From: the human T2T-CHM13v2.0 reference genome, Homo sapiens
Reading direction: 5' to 3'
DNA length: 64,000 nucleotides
Assembly: GCA_009914755.4 (NCBI GenBank)
Contig: CP068257.2
Span: forward strand, 31,392,001 to 31,456,000
A program made the position numbers and the translations under genes. The notes beneath the pieces are model-generated. The model made no database searches. It had not been told where the DNA came from and saw nothing but the letters and a program-made list of their open reading frames with translations. Positions 10,401 to 23,384 of the stretch are shown piece by piece (within the stretch, counting starts at the first letter, position 1; the number at the start of each line of letters is the position of its first letter).

Positions 10401-12080
10401 CCGGCCCTCCTGAGCCCTACTGAGCCCTGCTGAGTCCTGGAGGCCCTGTGACCCGGTGTCCTTGGACCGCAAGCATCCTGGTTTACCATCCCTACCCTGG
10501 CTGACCTGAGAGCTGGGGATCTTTTAAGCTTTGTATGCCTGGCCTCACCTTTTCCTCTGCCTCCCTCCCAGACCAGCCCGGCTCTCAGACACCTCTGCTT
10601 TCTAGGCAAAAGTTCTGGAGCCCAGAGCAAGGGCCACAGGTGCAGTGCAGTCCAAACAGGACCACGAGCAATTCTCTCTCCTTCATCCTCAGATTTGGCA
10701 GTAGAAGCTTGTTTTTCAGAACAGGGCTGGAGTGGCCTCTTTGAAACTCTGAACATGTTTCAACTGTAGAATAGAGCCATAATGGGTGATCTTGGAAGCT
10801 CCGTGGGCCAATCAGGCTCTGCCCCAATACCCGAGCCCTCTGGGTGTCCTGGTCCACCTCAGAGCAGAGGTCCTGGGAGCCCCTGCTGGCAGGGAGGCTG
10901 TGATGGGTGAGAACAGCCCTCCTCCGTGTGTCCTCCGTGCACTAAGAGAATTCACTGGCCTCTGCTGAAGCGGAGTTTAGACAGTTCTAGAAAGGAGTTG
11001 TCCTTGGTTGTGGGGCTTCCCTAGGGTGGAAACTGTGGTTTGGACATCCTTGTACCTTCAGGGTACCTGCTAGATATAAGGACTCACAAAAAAATGAATG
11101 AACGAATGAACGAGTGGCACAGTGCCAGTCAGGAGGTTTGGAGAGTGTGGGGAACAAGGTGGAAGTGTAAAAGTCCTGAATCCTTCATTGATGGGGGATA
11201 CTGAGGCCTAAAGGATGGTGAGCACTTTGATTCTATCCAAGGCAGCTGGATTCAGACCAAAGCCCTATACTACAGTGATCCAGGTTACGAGACCTTCCTG
11301 ATCCTCTCTTCTTATGTAAATAGAGTAATTAATAGTAGCACCTGACAACTGTGCTGCTGTGAGGATTAAATGAAACATCCCAGGAGTCGCCCTCTGCATG
11401 GTGCCAGCAGTGAATGGATGCCCTGGGCCCAAGGACCTGCCCAGAGTGCAGCTGCTGCTGGGTGTGGACTCCCACAGCTGAGGCTCCCCCAACCCAAGCA
11501 GCCAGGAATCTGTAGGTCATAGTGGGGCAGTCACCATGGAGACCATGAAGAGGCAGTTGGGTGTGGGGTGGTATGCTGCCTTGGCCAAGCTCTGCCAGCT
11601 GAGTGACCTTGGACAAGAGACATGAGCTTTCTTAGCCTTGGCTTCCTTATCTGTAAAGTAGGGGTGATGCTAGTACCATCTTCACAGGCCATCTGGCCTG
11701 AGAGGGAGAACCTGGCACACCACGCATATCCAATTAAGCAGAAGAAGGTGCCTGACTGCATGAGTGTCATCCCATTGAATCTTCTGGGAGGTCCTACAAG
11801 GTATGGTCTCTGTTACTCTGGGTGACATGACCTGTCCTGCAGCATCACAAGGGGTCTGTATGCCTCGGGGCGCCAAGGAACAACTCAGCACTGTCCCTGA
11901 GCTCTGTACAGGTTCCACTTCCCAAACCCCCCCAACGCAAGGCAAGGCCTCTGTTCTCACCTTTGCATGCCCTGGGGTGCCTGGTACTGAGCATGATGCA
12001 CGGTTAGTTCTCTGGGAATATCCTTTGCATTGCATTGTGGATGAGGAGGGCCCATGCTCTACATGGAAAACAGACCTGGG

Positions 12081-12082
<2 letters not shown>

Positions 12083-12115
<33 letters not shown>

Positions 12116-12393
12116 TGGAGTCTCACTCTGTCACCCAGGCTGGAGTGTGCAGTGGCACGATCTCAGTTCACTGCAACCCTGCCCTGGGTTCAAGCCATCT
12201 TCATGCCTCAGCTTCCCAAGTAACTGGGATTACAGGTGCACGCCACCACGCCCAGCTAATTTTTGTATTTTTAGTAGAGACAGGGTTTCACCATGTTGGC
12301 CGGGTTGGTTTTGAACTCCTGACCTCAGGTGACCCATTCACCTTGGCCTCCCAAAGTGCTGGGATTACGGGCGTGAGGCACCGCGCCTGGCCC
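12083..12393 (-). mobile_element. Alu SINE (antisense) with 30-nt poly-T leader
   Basis: t(30)agatggagtctcactctgtcacccaggctggagtgcagtggc...gggattacgggcgtgaggcaccgcgcctggccc. Confidence 0.95.
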
Positions 12394-12982
12394 AGACCTG
12401 AGTCCTTTTAAAGGAGGGAGCCAGGATCAGAAAGGAACTGATTGAAGGAAAAGTTGCCTGTGAAGCCCAAGCCCCAGCCTCACGGTCCCATCCCCCCATC
12501 CCCCCATTGAGGAGAGTCCCCCCTCTCAGGGCCAGGCCTGCTGTTCCCTCCATCTGTGCCCCTCAGATGCCCAGTGTAAGGGGTGAGCTGGAGAGCTAAG
12601 GATCTGCTTGTTCTGGAATTGCAGCTGGGAGCCTCGGGAAGAAGAGTGGTGGGGCCTCCTGGGAGCTGGGCATGGGGCTCCCCATCAGTTCCAGCTCTGA
12701 CCTCTCTGGGCTGTTCAGGCAAAGGCAGCAGTTGCTAATGAAGACACTGGAGGACAGCGTGGCTTAGTCAGCACAGGAAGGAAATGACTTAGTGCAGCCG
12801 GGTGCTGGCAGGCGACCACAGCAGGGGCAGGCAGCCCATAAGACCAGCACAGCCAGGAGGCCACACTCCCCCGCCCCACCCTGGGCTTGCCTTCTTTGCC
12901 CCTCTCCCTTCACCACCCTCCACAGCCAATTTGCTTGTCATCACCCACCTTTTTGTGTTTAACCCGTCAGCTCTTCCTACCT

Positions 12983-13440
12983 CATTCACTATTTTTTTTT
13001 GTTTGTTTTAATTAAGGTCGAATGCATGTCACACAAAGTTAACCATTTTAAGGTGAACAGTTTCAGGGGCATTGACAATGTCGTGCAGCCACCACCTCTG
13101 TCTCATTCCAAAACATTTTCATCACTGCAAAGTAAAACCTGGACCCACTGAGCAGTTCCTCCTCACTCCCCCATCCCTACCCCTACCAATCTACTTTCTG
13201 TGTCTATGGATTCACTGATTCTAGATACTTCATATAAACGGAGTCATAAAATATGTGGCCTTTTGTGACTGGCTTCTTTCACTTAGCATAATGTTTTTGA
13301 GGTTCAGCCACGTTGTTGCATGTATCCTTACTTCATTCCTTCTTCCAGTGGAATCATATTCTGTTGTGGGTGTCTGCCACATTTGGTTTATCCATTCATC
13401 TGTTGGTGATTTCGTTCACTTCTAAGTAACTCCTCAGGTC
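12983..13440 (-). mobile_element. LINE-1 3'-end fragment (old L1M/L1P-type 3'UTR plus ORF2 end), antisense
   Basis: ctcatataaacggagtcataaaatatgtggccttttgtgactggcttctttcacttagcataatgtttttgaggttcagccacgttgttgcatgtatc...ccacatttggtttatccattcatctgttggtgatt matches the antisense strand of the common old L1 3' end. The same family appears in sense at 45515-46018 and 62544-63378. Confidence 0.8.
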
Positions 13441-14354
13441 CTGGTATACAACCTGCCACAGTGAAAAGAGGCCTGTTCCAGGAGTTTAAAAATCTACGTC
13501 TCTGACCAGGTTGAGCATCCTCCAGCGAGTTGCTTGACCTTTCTGGGCCTCTATCTACTCATCTACAAAGTGAAAAGCTTGGCAAAGGACATTTCAAGTT
13601 ACGATTCTCTGTGACTTTTTACAACCCTGAAGTCCACCCTGCCACTTGTAGAATGTATTTCATGTCCTCCCTGCCACAGGTGTGTGTCAAGAACCCCATA
13701 ACAAATGTCCCAGAACTTGCACAGTGCCCCCAGCAGATCAGGATGCCTGAACAAATCTCTGCCTTTGGGTCTTAGGGAGCCAGAATCTCTGCGAGATGCC
13801 TGGCTGAAGTAGGTAGTGTATTGTGAGTGATTCCCTTATTCAATATCCAGCCAGACTTTCATCAGTTGTGACTTGGAAAGGAAATGACCAACTAACTTGT
13901 AACTTGTTCAGATCCTCATTATGATATAGTTAAGAGACGCATTTTAAGAAGTGGGCACTAAACTACATAGTGAAGATCCCACATAAATCTGGGGCTAGGG
14001 GTAGTGGAAAAACTGCTATCCTTACTCCTGTAGTTCATCTTCTCAGCCTTTTATCCAGTACACGTTTAATGTGCCAGGTGGATGTGGAGAACACTCAGTG
14101 ACAGCAGCTGCATCAGGTACATCTGAACTTGATGGCCACCACATTACCCCATCCCCTGCTTTAGGCAGGTTAGAAACATACAGAGAAACTGCTTTAAAAA
14201 CATGCTTGTCCTCAACATTTAAGAGCTTTGAAATGGACCCTGATTGGAGTGGGGTGATCAAGTTGTCTTTTCCATTTGAACTTGAACTTAAAGGGGAAAA
14301 AACTTTATGTAGGGAAGGTACCAAGCTCACGATTTACCGAGCTTCCATAGTCCA

Positions 14355-14555
14355 AAAAGAATTTGAGGGGTTTGTCTGAACCATGTTACAGAATTGAAAA
14401 GTATTTTCATACAATTGAAAGTCAGAAAATGGGAGGCACTTGCTATATTGTTCTAACGTGTTAGCTCGTGGGCCTCACTCATATATTTAATCTTTTTTTG
14501 TTAAGAGAAAGAAGTCATACCTCATGTTTTTTTTTTTTTAACTTTTATTCCAAAA
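14355..14555 (+). repeat. Copy A of a ~200-bp dispersed duplicate (partner at 16085-16285, ~88% identity)
   Basis: ccatgttacagaattgaaaagtattttcatacaattgaaagtcagaaaatgggaggcacttgctatattgttctaacgtgttagctcgtgggcctcactcatatatttaatctttttttgttaagagaaagaagtcatacctcatgttttttttttttaacttttatt. Confidence 0.85.
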
Positions 14556-14583
14556 AGAATTTTGGAATATGGAGGCTCTGTAA

Positions 14584-14896
<313 letters not shown>

Positions 14897-16084
14897 TCCT
14901 TCCCTTTTAAGACTCCAACTTTCCTCTGGCATTTTCAATTCCCTTGCCCTGCTCAATTTCCCTTTCCCCGTATGCTATTTATTACTGATTAATTTTGTTG
15001 TTTATTGTCTGTCTTCCACACTAGAATATAAGCTCCACTGGGCAGAAATATTTGTCTATATTGATCACTGATGTACAATGGTATCCAGCCCATAATAAGT
15101 GCTCCATAAATATCTGTTAAACTAATGAAATGAATGCATGCAGGTGATTTTTGCCACTGAACTGTTTTGTAACTAGAATGCAAGTGACATAAAGCTTCAT
15201 TAGGATTCTCACATGAGAAAATACAAGCAAAAATCTGATCCTGTGAAAAGTGTAGCATCAAACTTCATTTTCCTTCCAGAAAATGCTTTTTAAAAACCTG
15301 CCAAATCTTGGAGGCTGGCCTTTTATTGGTTCTGGGGTGTGGGGCAAACAAGGGATTTTCTGAAATAATTTATCAGTTACTATCAACAAATTTGCTAAAG
15401 CTTGACATATAACATTCGCCACTGTGAACAAAAGCTGCCTCCCAAAGTCCCTTGGGTAGTCTTTGCGCACACTAAAAATCCAGAGCTTGAGGCATAAGAC
15501 TGACCTTAACATTAAATGAATTCATGGTTGGACACTTTGTTCTAATCCTTTGTGAAGCAAACTCCTTGGATTTTTAAAACATGCTATCGGATGAATCTTT
15601 CCAATGAGGAGCATATAAATATCTCCTTTAGTAGTTCCTACAAAGCATCCATGTCAATGTCATTAACAGAATGGGAATGATATTGGAGGGAGTGGGAGGT
15701 GGTTGCAACTTGCAATTCAGACAGCCAGTGAAAACCTTAACATTAAGTATCCTTAAAAAAAAAAAAAAACCCTCAGTGGTTGTATTTATCCTGAATGCAA
15801 AACTGTCCCCTTTGTTGAGATTGGCTGAACTAACTCAGCCTGGAGAACAATGTTGAGGCTGCTGGCGGGCCATGTGCTAATGTGCTCATGCATTACAGGC
15901 CGCAACAGATGGCTGTGAGAACACCCGGCCTGCCCCGCCTGGGTCAGGATGCAGAGCCCAACGCCTGTTTCCAGTGCTGTCCCGCTATGAAAACACTGCT
16001 TCTCTGGGGAGAGGCGATGGCTGGCCTGGGGGAGGCCAGCCATGTCTGTTCTACCCAATTCAAGGGCAAAGGTGCAAGGGAATA

Positions 16085-16285
16085 ATGATCAGGGGTTTAT
16101 TTGAGCCATGTTACAGAATTGAAAAGTATTTTCATACAATTGAAAGTCAGAAAATGGGAGACACTTGCTATATTGTTCTATCATGTTAGCTCACAGGCCT
16201 CATTCATACATTTAATCTTTTTTTGTTAAGAGAAAGAAGCCACACCTCATGTTTTTATTTTTTTAACTTTTATTTTAGACTCGGA
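16085..16285 (+). repeat. Copy B of the ~200-bp dispersed duplicate, ending at the junction with the L1 3' terminus
   Basis: ccatgttacagaattgaaaagtattttcatacaattgaaagtcagaaaatgggagacacttgctatattgttctatcatgttagctcacaggcctcattcatacatttaatctttttttgttaagagaaagaagccacacctcatgtttttatttttttaacttttatttt. Confidence 0.85.
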
Positions 16286-16750
16286 TACAGGTGCAGGTTT
16301 GTCATATGGGTAAATTGCATGTCATGGGGGTTTGAGGTACAGATTATTTTGTCACCCTGATAATAAGCATAGTACCGGATAGGTAGTTTTTTTTATCCTC
16401 TCTTTCCTCCCACCCTCCACCCTCAAGTAGGTCCTGGTATCTGTTTTTCCCTTCTTTGTGTTCATATTTACTCAATTTTTAGCTCCCACTTATAAGTGAG
16501 AACATGTGGTATTTGGCTTTCTGTTCCTGTGTTAGTTTGCTTAGGATAATGACCTCCAGCTCCATCCATATTCCTGCAAAAGATATGATCTCATTCTTTT
16601 TTATGGCTGCATAATATTCCATCGTGAATATGTACCACATTTTCTCTATCCAGTCCATTGTTGATGGGCATTTAGGTTGATTCCATGTCTTCGCTACTGT
16701 GAATAGTGCCGCAATGAACATATGCACACATGTGTCTTTATGGTAGGGAG
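16255..16750 (-). mobile_element. LINE-1 3'-end fragment (L1P-type, antisense) including the ORF2 C-terminus and 3'UTR
   Basis: The minus-strand ORF 16479-16727 translates to ...FIAALFTVAKTWNQPKCPSTMDWIEKMWYIFTMEYYAAIKKNEIISFAGIWMELE..., the L1 ORF2p C-terminal signature. The + strand reads cccacttataagtgagaacatgtggtatttggctttctgttcc...ccacattttctctatccagtccattgttgatgggcatttaggttgattccatgtc. The terminus aacttttattttag plus poly-T is the reverse complement of an L1 ...ctaaaataaaagtt(A)n 3' end. Confidence 0.9.
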
Positions 16751-17624
16751 ATTTAGTCTTCTCCTATGACCAGGATGCGGTGTTTTGAGTATAGTTCTAA
16801 TTTTTCTTTCCTTCCCTCTGACAAGTTTCTCTTCAATCTTTCCCTGCATCCCAGTGAATCAGTGAGAAAGCAAAACAACCCCTCCTGTCCCCCCACACCA
16901 AAACCAAACCAAAACAAACAAAAAATCCGCCAGGCTTTCTTACAACTACAAAGTGAAGCTACAGAGAAATTCCTTTGGAAACATGTTTGCAAAGGGATGT
17001 TTGTCCCTGTATCCCTACAAATGAGAAGAAAACCAACATTAGCCATCACGTTTGCTCTTCCCATCCCACCCTGAAGCAAAGGCTCAGGCAGGTGTGGCTG
17101 GTCCAGCAGCTCAAGGCCCAATGTCCTGGGAGGGAATGTGGGGGTCACTGGCTCTCTTTAGTTGTGGACTCTACCTACAGAGCCAGGCCAACCTGTCCAA
17201 GCAGCCCTGCCTGCTTCTCCAGCTCATGACCCCAGAGCTGGGCACTGGAACTCACTCACTCGGAGCCAGGTCCCCTGAGATGAGAGTGGCACCTCAGAGA
17301 CATCACCCCAGAGTCACCCCAGATACATGCAGAGACAGAGAAGCACCACAGGCACACAGAGCAATATGGACTATCAACCCCTATGCTCAACTCTCTGAAA
17401 CAGATAAGCAGATGTATGGCTGGCTTGTGGTCTTCAAAGTTGGTCTAAGTTTCCTGGTGTTCATATAGGAGCACTGGGAAGCTGGCATGTGGATTACTGA
17501 TGTAGAATGGTGTCCAGTCTATAGTAAGCTGGAAGCTCCCCACCTGCCTGTCTGTCACACTCAGCATGCCTTCTGTTGATGCCACTGTGTGGATAAGCAT
17601 AGTGTCTCCAGGGAGCCCTGTCAA

Positions 17625-17738
17625 AACGCCCATTGCCTGGGAAGGAATACACAGCAAGTCACTGGCACTGGTTAGTCTATAAACGCCCATTGCCTGGGAA
17701 AGAATACACAGCAAGTCACTGGCACTGGTTAGTCTGTA
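17625..17738 (+). repeat. Tandem duplication, 2 x 57 bp (about 95% identical)
   Basis: aacgcccattgcctgggaaggaatacacagcaagtcactggcactggttagtctata occurs at 17625-17681 and again at 17682-17738 with 3 mismatches. The minus-strand ORF 17445-17768 shows the resulting peptide repeat YRLTSASDLLCI.SQAMGV. Confidence 0.9.
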
Positions 17739-20700
17739 AAGTACTAGTGATAACATGAAGTAGGGCACTGAGAGCGTGGAAAGGTAAATTTTACCTGTAA
17801 GGGAAGGAGGGAAGGCAGGAAAGAGGGAGAACTTGAGATCAACAGGGCTGGTGCCATGAGGATCGCAAGTAGGCTATGGGGAAGGACATTTCAAGGCCGT
17901 AGTGGTGAGGATGCAGGTTAGGTACCATAACAAAGAAAGTTCCAAGACAGCAGCTTAGATAAAGTTACAGTCCAGGGAGGTGGCCCAGGGTTGGTTTGAA
18001 AGCTTCATGGTATGAACAACCCAATTCCCTCCCTCTTATTTTTCTGCTATCCTCAACACAGTCTCCATCTTGCTACTCCAAGCCTGCCATCATGCCCATA
18101 TTCTGGGAAGGAGTATGGAGCAGGGAGAGTTCTCCTTCCTTTTAAGGTACAAACCAAGAATGGCATACGTCACTTCTGCTTGTATTCCCTGGGACAGAAC
18201 CTAGCTACAGGGTCACATCAAACTGCAACACAGGTCAGAAAATGTGGGCTTCATCTGGGTGGCCACATGCTAGCTAAAACCTTTACTAAAAAGGGAGGGC
18301 AGACACTGGGGACAAGAAGTAGTCTGTGTCACACCAGGCTGAGGAAGGGAGGTCCCCCTCAAAGAGCTCTGCATCCACAGCTTCTGACTCACAGTCCACC
18401 CACAACACAAACCCAGACTGAAACCTGCATTCTCAGGGAGAGGGAATGAATTTCTATAGGAGCTGTGGGGAAATGGGAAATTTTAAATAAGAATAGTCCA
18501 TTTTTCTAGCACTTGCTAGTCTGTAGGGCCTTTTACATTTTACATGTGTTACCTCCTTTAAAATGAGAAGCAGGTGCAATGTGCGCAACTTCCCTTTCAC
18601 AGGTGAGGAGGTGGCGGCGGGGGCTTGCCCAGGCTCCCACAGTGGAAACGAGCAGAGCCTAGGGGTCTCTGAATGACTCCCAGCCCACTGGGCAGCCCAG
18701 ACAAGCTCTCAGTCCCACTGACGCAGGCATCCGTAGGCTAACATGGAATAAGACCATCATAACACGACGTGATGCCCTTGTTCATGCCCAGCCTTTGGGG
18801 GCTGCCCTCCTAACCTCTGTGCCTTCCCTGAAGGGGGTACAGGCAGTCATATTTTGTGTAGCTTCATGACACAGAATCAGCTGCTCATTACGGGATGCAT
18901 CTTTTTCATTCCACCTCCCCCCATGGCCTATCACTGAAGTGAGCCTTATTTTGCAAGGCACATCTTCATTCTTGGTGTGTTAGGAAGGAAAAGGAAAAAA
19001 CGCCTATAATCCACATAAGGCACACAGAATCAAGTGGAATCCAATTCCTCCAAGTTCAAGATGAAGGAAGCTAGATGCAGAGGCTGAATTATGACGACAG
19101 ACATGTCAGTTCATCCCCGGAGTCTAAGATCTAAGACCATGGCCAGGATCAAGCTGCGTTTGAAGGGGCTCTTATCAATCACTATGAAATTCCAGTGTGC
19201 CTGAATCACTATGACTTGGAACCTTTGGATTTCTGCCAAATCACAATTTGGACTCTATCCACAAAGCCAGGCTGTGGCTCTTTCCTTCTTTCCTGATTCA
19301 TGCTCTGCCTTCACCCCTTTCATTGCTTTTTAAAGGTTTATTTTGAAAAGTCTTGTTCAGCCTGAGAACTATCTTTCCCATCAGCCATTTTCCTCTGCTT
19401 CTTAAACTTCCAGGTCAGGGATTCTCTGGAGTATTAAAGGGGGCTCAGCTGATGGTCCTCAGCTCCATTGTGCCCTGTTAGGCAAGTACCTGTCCTGGTG
19501 CAGTGACCCAGACATGCAAGAGAAAGGCTGTGGACTTGGGCAGCACTGTCTGGTAGAACATTCCATGATGATGGAAATGGTCTGTATCTACGCTGGCTAA
19601 TATGGTGGCCACATATGGCCATCAAGCACTCAAAATGTGGCCAGTATGACTGTGGAACTGAACTTTCAGTTTTATTTAATTTTAATTAACTTTAACTTCA
19701 ATAGCCACAGGTGGCTGTTGTTCACTATATTGGACAGTGCAGCTCTACAAGCAGAGGCCACAGGATCTCTGGACCTCACCGGGTGCATCATCAATCTTGG
19801 ATTTCCCCTGCTAAAACCCATACAATCTGGCCAGGCTCAAAATGCAGAGGGTTTTCTCAAAGTGAGAAGTATGGCTTTTACCACAAAACATTATTTGTAT
19901 TGATTCCATTTGCAAGAAAAACCATCATTCTGGACCAGCTGAGATCATCCGATTTCTGAAGAATCACAGAGTTAGAACTGTTGGCCGATTGCTTGTAGAC
20001 ATCTGTGACGATAAGCTTACGTCACTACCCTTGCCCCTCTCTAACCCACTCCCAACACCTACAACTCTTATTTCTATCCTTCTTCTTCATAAAACTCATT
20101 TTCCATTTTTCCCTCTAGCCTAAATCATGAGCACTAGCACCTTATCAGCAGCCAAGAAAAGCACATCATGTTTCCTTTACTGACTTTCTCATTAAGTTGC
20201 CCCCATTTCTCCCCCTACTCAAATAGTTGAAGATAGGAGTTTCAAAGGTTTTGTTTTAAAAGGTATGCCTACTGTCCAGAAAAACTTTCCCCAGGTCTTT
20301 GATGACCCTCTGGAAAGTTATTTAATTTTCCCAAGATCTGTTGTAGATAAAGAAATTCTTTGGGTAGGGAGGATAGACTTGGCACAAGCTCAACTGCAAA
20401 AGTATTATTGGGTTAATACGGTAGTTGTTGACTCTTCTTCAGGGATTCTCAATAATGGTCCTGTTACATTTGGGGCCAGATACTTCTCTGTGGTGGGGGC
20501 TGTCCTGCGCAGTGTAGGATGTTCAGCAGTATCCCTGGCCTCTACTTGCCAGTTGCCAGTGATACCCTGTCCCCAGTTGGGAAAACTGAAAATGTCACCA
20601 GACATTGCCAAGCATCCCCTGGGGGACAAAATCTCCCCCAGTTGAAAATCCCTGCTCTACTTCCATTTAACATCCACACTGAGCTGAGACAAGAGAGCAG

Positions 20701-21403
20701 AAGAGGAAAAAGCCACACAAAGCCATCCATTTCTATTTGAATCCTTAACTGTCATGATCCTCTTTCTTGTTTAGAATTCTTATTAGTAATGGACTTTTGC
20801 CCTAAACTTTGAGAAGTGAGAGGAGAGGAGGACATGGTGATTTTGCCTACATACCTCTGGAACATATTTTGGAACCAAGAAAGGTAGATCTGAAAATGCC
20901 AGGAGCTTGATTCATTTGGTTTCCTACATGGGAACTGTTTAAAATTAAGAGACAATGCACTCTGATATGACTCGCCAATTGTACACTGAATTCAATAAAA
21001 TGTTAATAAGAAAAGTTCACATGGATTGCACTCTTACCATATGCTAAGCATTGTTGCAGGTGTACTGATTCAATGACTATTTTTATTCCTACTTTACCCA
21101 TGAGGAATCGGAAGCACAGACATCATGCAGTTAGTGAGTTGCAGAGATGGGATTCAACATCCCAGGCATATAAGGATTGCGCTGTATGGGCAGACCAAAA
21201 AAGTATACATGGCCCCTCTAAATTTTCTTTTTAAAAACATTGATTTTTAAATTAACTTTTCACTGTGGAATAATTCTAGATTCACAGAAAAGTTGCAATG
21301 ATAGTACAGAAATTTCCTGTATATACCTCACCCAGCTTTCTCTAACGTTCACGTCTTTCATAACCTTGGTACATTTGTCACAACTAAGAAATTAAAATGG
21401 ATG

Positions 21404-21668
21404 GCTAGGTGCGGTGCCTCAAGCTTGCAATCACAGCACTTTGGGAGGCCAAGGGGGTGAATTTCTTGAGTCTAGGACTTTAAGACCAGCCTGGCAATAT
21501 GGCAAAACCCCATCTATTAGCCAGGTGTGGTGGTGCACACCTGTCATCCTAGCTGTTCGGGAGGCTGAGGTGGGGAGGATCAGTTGAACCCAGGAGGCTG
21601 AGCCTGCAGTGAGCTGTGATCACGCCACTGCACACCAGCCTGGGCAACAGAATAAGACCCTGAAAAAA
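21404..21668 (+). mobile_element. Alu SINE (sense); the tail has expanded into a microsatellite
   Basis: ggctaggtgcggtgcctcaagcttgcaatcacagcactttgggaggccaag...cactgcacaccagcctgggcaacagaataagaccctgaaaaaag. Confidence 0.9.
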
Positions 21669-21736
21669 GAAAAAGAAAGAAAGAGAGAGAGAGAAAGGAA
21701 GGACGGAAGGAAGGAAGGAAGGAAGGAAGGAAGGAA

Positions 21737-21814
<78 letters not shown>

Positions 21815-21817
21815 AAT
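21663..21817 (+). repeat. Compound (GAAA)n/(GGAA)n/(GA)n microsatellite of about 155 bp, derived from an Alu poly-A tail
   Basis: aaaaagaaaaagaaagaaagagagagagagaaaggaaggacggaaggaaggaaggaaggaaggaaggaaggaagaaagaaag...(gaaa)n. Confidence 0.95.
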
Positions 21818-23007
21818 TAACATGGTTACAATGACATTAACTAAACCACAGATTTGGTTCAGAGTTCACCAGTTTTTCCATGAGTGTCCTTTGTTCCGCA
21901 GAAGAATACAGAGTATCCAATACAGGACAGCACATTGCATTTAGTTGGGGTTTATTTTTAATAGTGTTGACTAGACTTGTTCCTCACAACCCCTTCTAGA
22001 TCAAAGCAATTACAGATGCTGCTCCTATGGAAGATGTTATACAAAAATTCCACTGTTGTGCAAAATGGACACAGAGAAAGCTAATCACCACTGTATTAAG
22101 GTTTGGTAGAAGGAGATTTATGGGATTAAGGGGGAAATCAGGTGAGCATGGCACACTGGGAGGAAGTATTAAAATTGCTGAGAGTGGAACAGGGCTGGAA
22201 CCCCCTAAGGGATGTACAATTAAAACACAACAGATAACGATTCCCCTGAAAAGGGATGGAACGAGAAAGACAAGTGTCACAGAGAACTGCTTAGGGAAGC
22301 AAAGGGTCCATTTTACAAAGTGGCAAGAGAAAAGAGAATCTGCCTAGTAAGTCCTCTTAGTAGGAGACTAACTGCAGGTATGACTTAGGCTGCTGAGTGG
22401 TTAAGACTTTACAAGGGAAAAATGAGAGAGAGAGAAGAGACAGGAGTGTATGCCAGCCACGTATGTGCATATAGAAGAGACATGTCTGTTTCAGACCTGC
22501 CCACAACCTGAACAAGCCTCATTTCTGTAATTACAAAGAGCTCACTTGATTCTAAATCTGCAGTGTAAGCATTCAGAATCCACCTCATCAGTGTCAACAG
22601 GCAAGAAACCTGTACTTAAAGGCACTGCCAATGTGCCTTGGGGAATCGCTTAGAAATCCAGTGCCATTGTTAGAAAACAAGGGTTAGGCCCCAGATTGGG
22701 ACACATGTAAGATAACATACAACACAGTTCTCTCTCCAAAACTTCTCATGCATTCTCCTGCCCACACCATGTCCAAGAGGTAACTGGGATTTGCTACGAT
22801 TTTTTTTTTACAAGGACTATAAAACAATGCCAGAGAAGAGGGGCAGGATCAGGAGACTGGAAAACAAGGAAAGGTGATATGGTAGGAAGCAGGCTCTCTC
22901 CATCTGGCATGTGACATCATCCCCCTACCCCTCGCCTCCTTCCCTGCCCCCCAACTCTATCTCCACCGTTCTCCATATGCACGTTCCTCTTTTAAAGTGT
23001 TAATTTT

Positions 23008-23384
<377 letters not shown>

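Noticed and set aside
16479-16727. 82-aa minus-strand ORF with clear protein similarity (FIAALFTVAKTWNQPKCPS...)
   Set aside because: It is the C-terminal remnant of L1 ORF2p within a truncated L1 fragment, not a host gene. It is annotated as a mobile element instead.
21663-21817. Regularly spaced short repeats that could superficially resemble a CRISPR array (also 56386-56470 and 39170-39228)
   Set aside because: These are pure tetranucleotide or AT-rich microsatellites derived from Alu tails. There are no unique spacers and no repeat-spacer periodicity, and the genome is eukaryotic.
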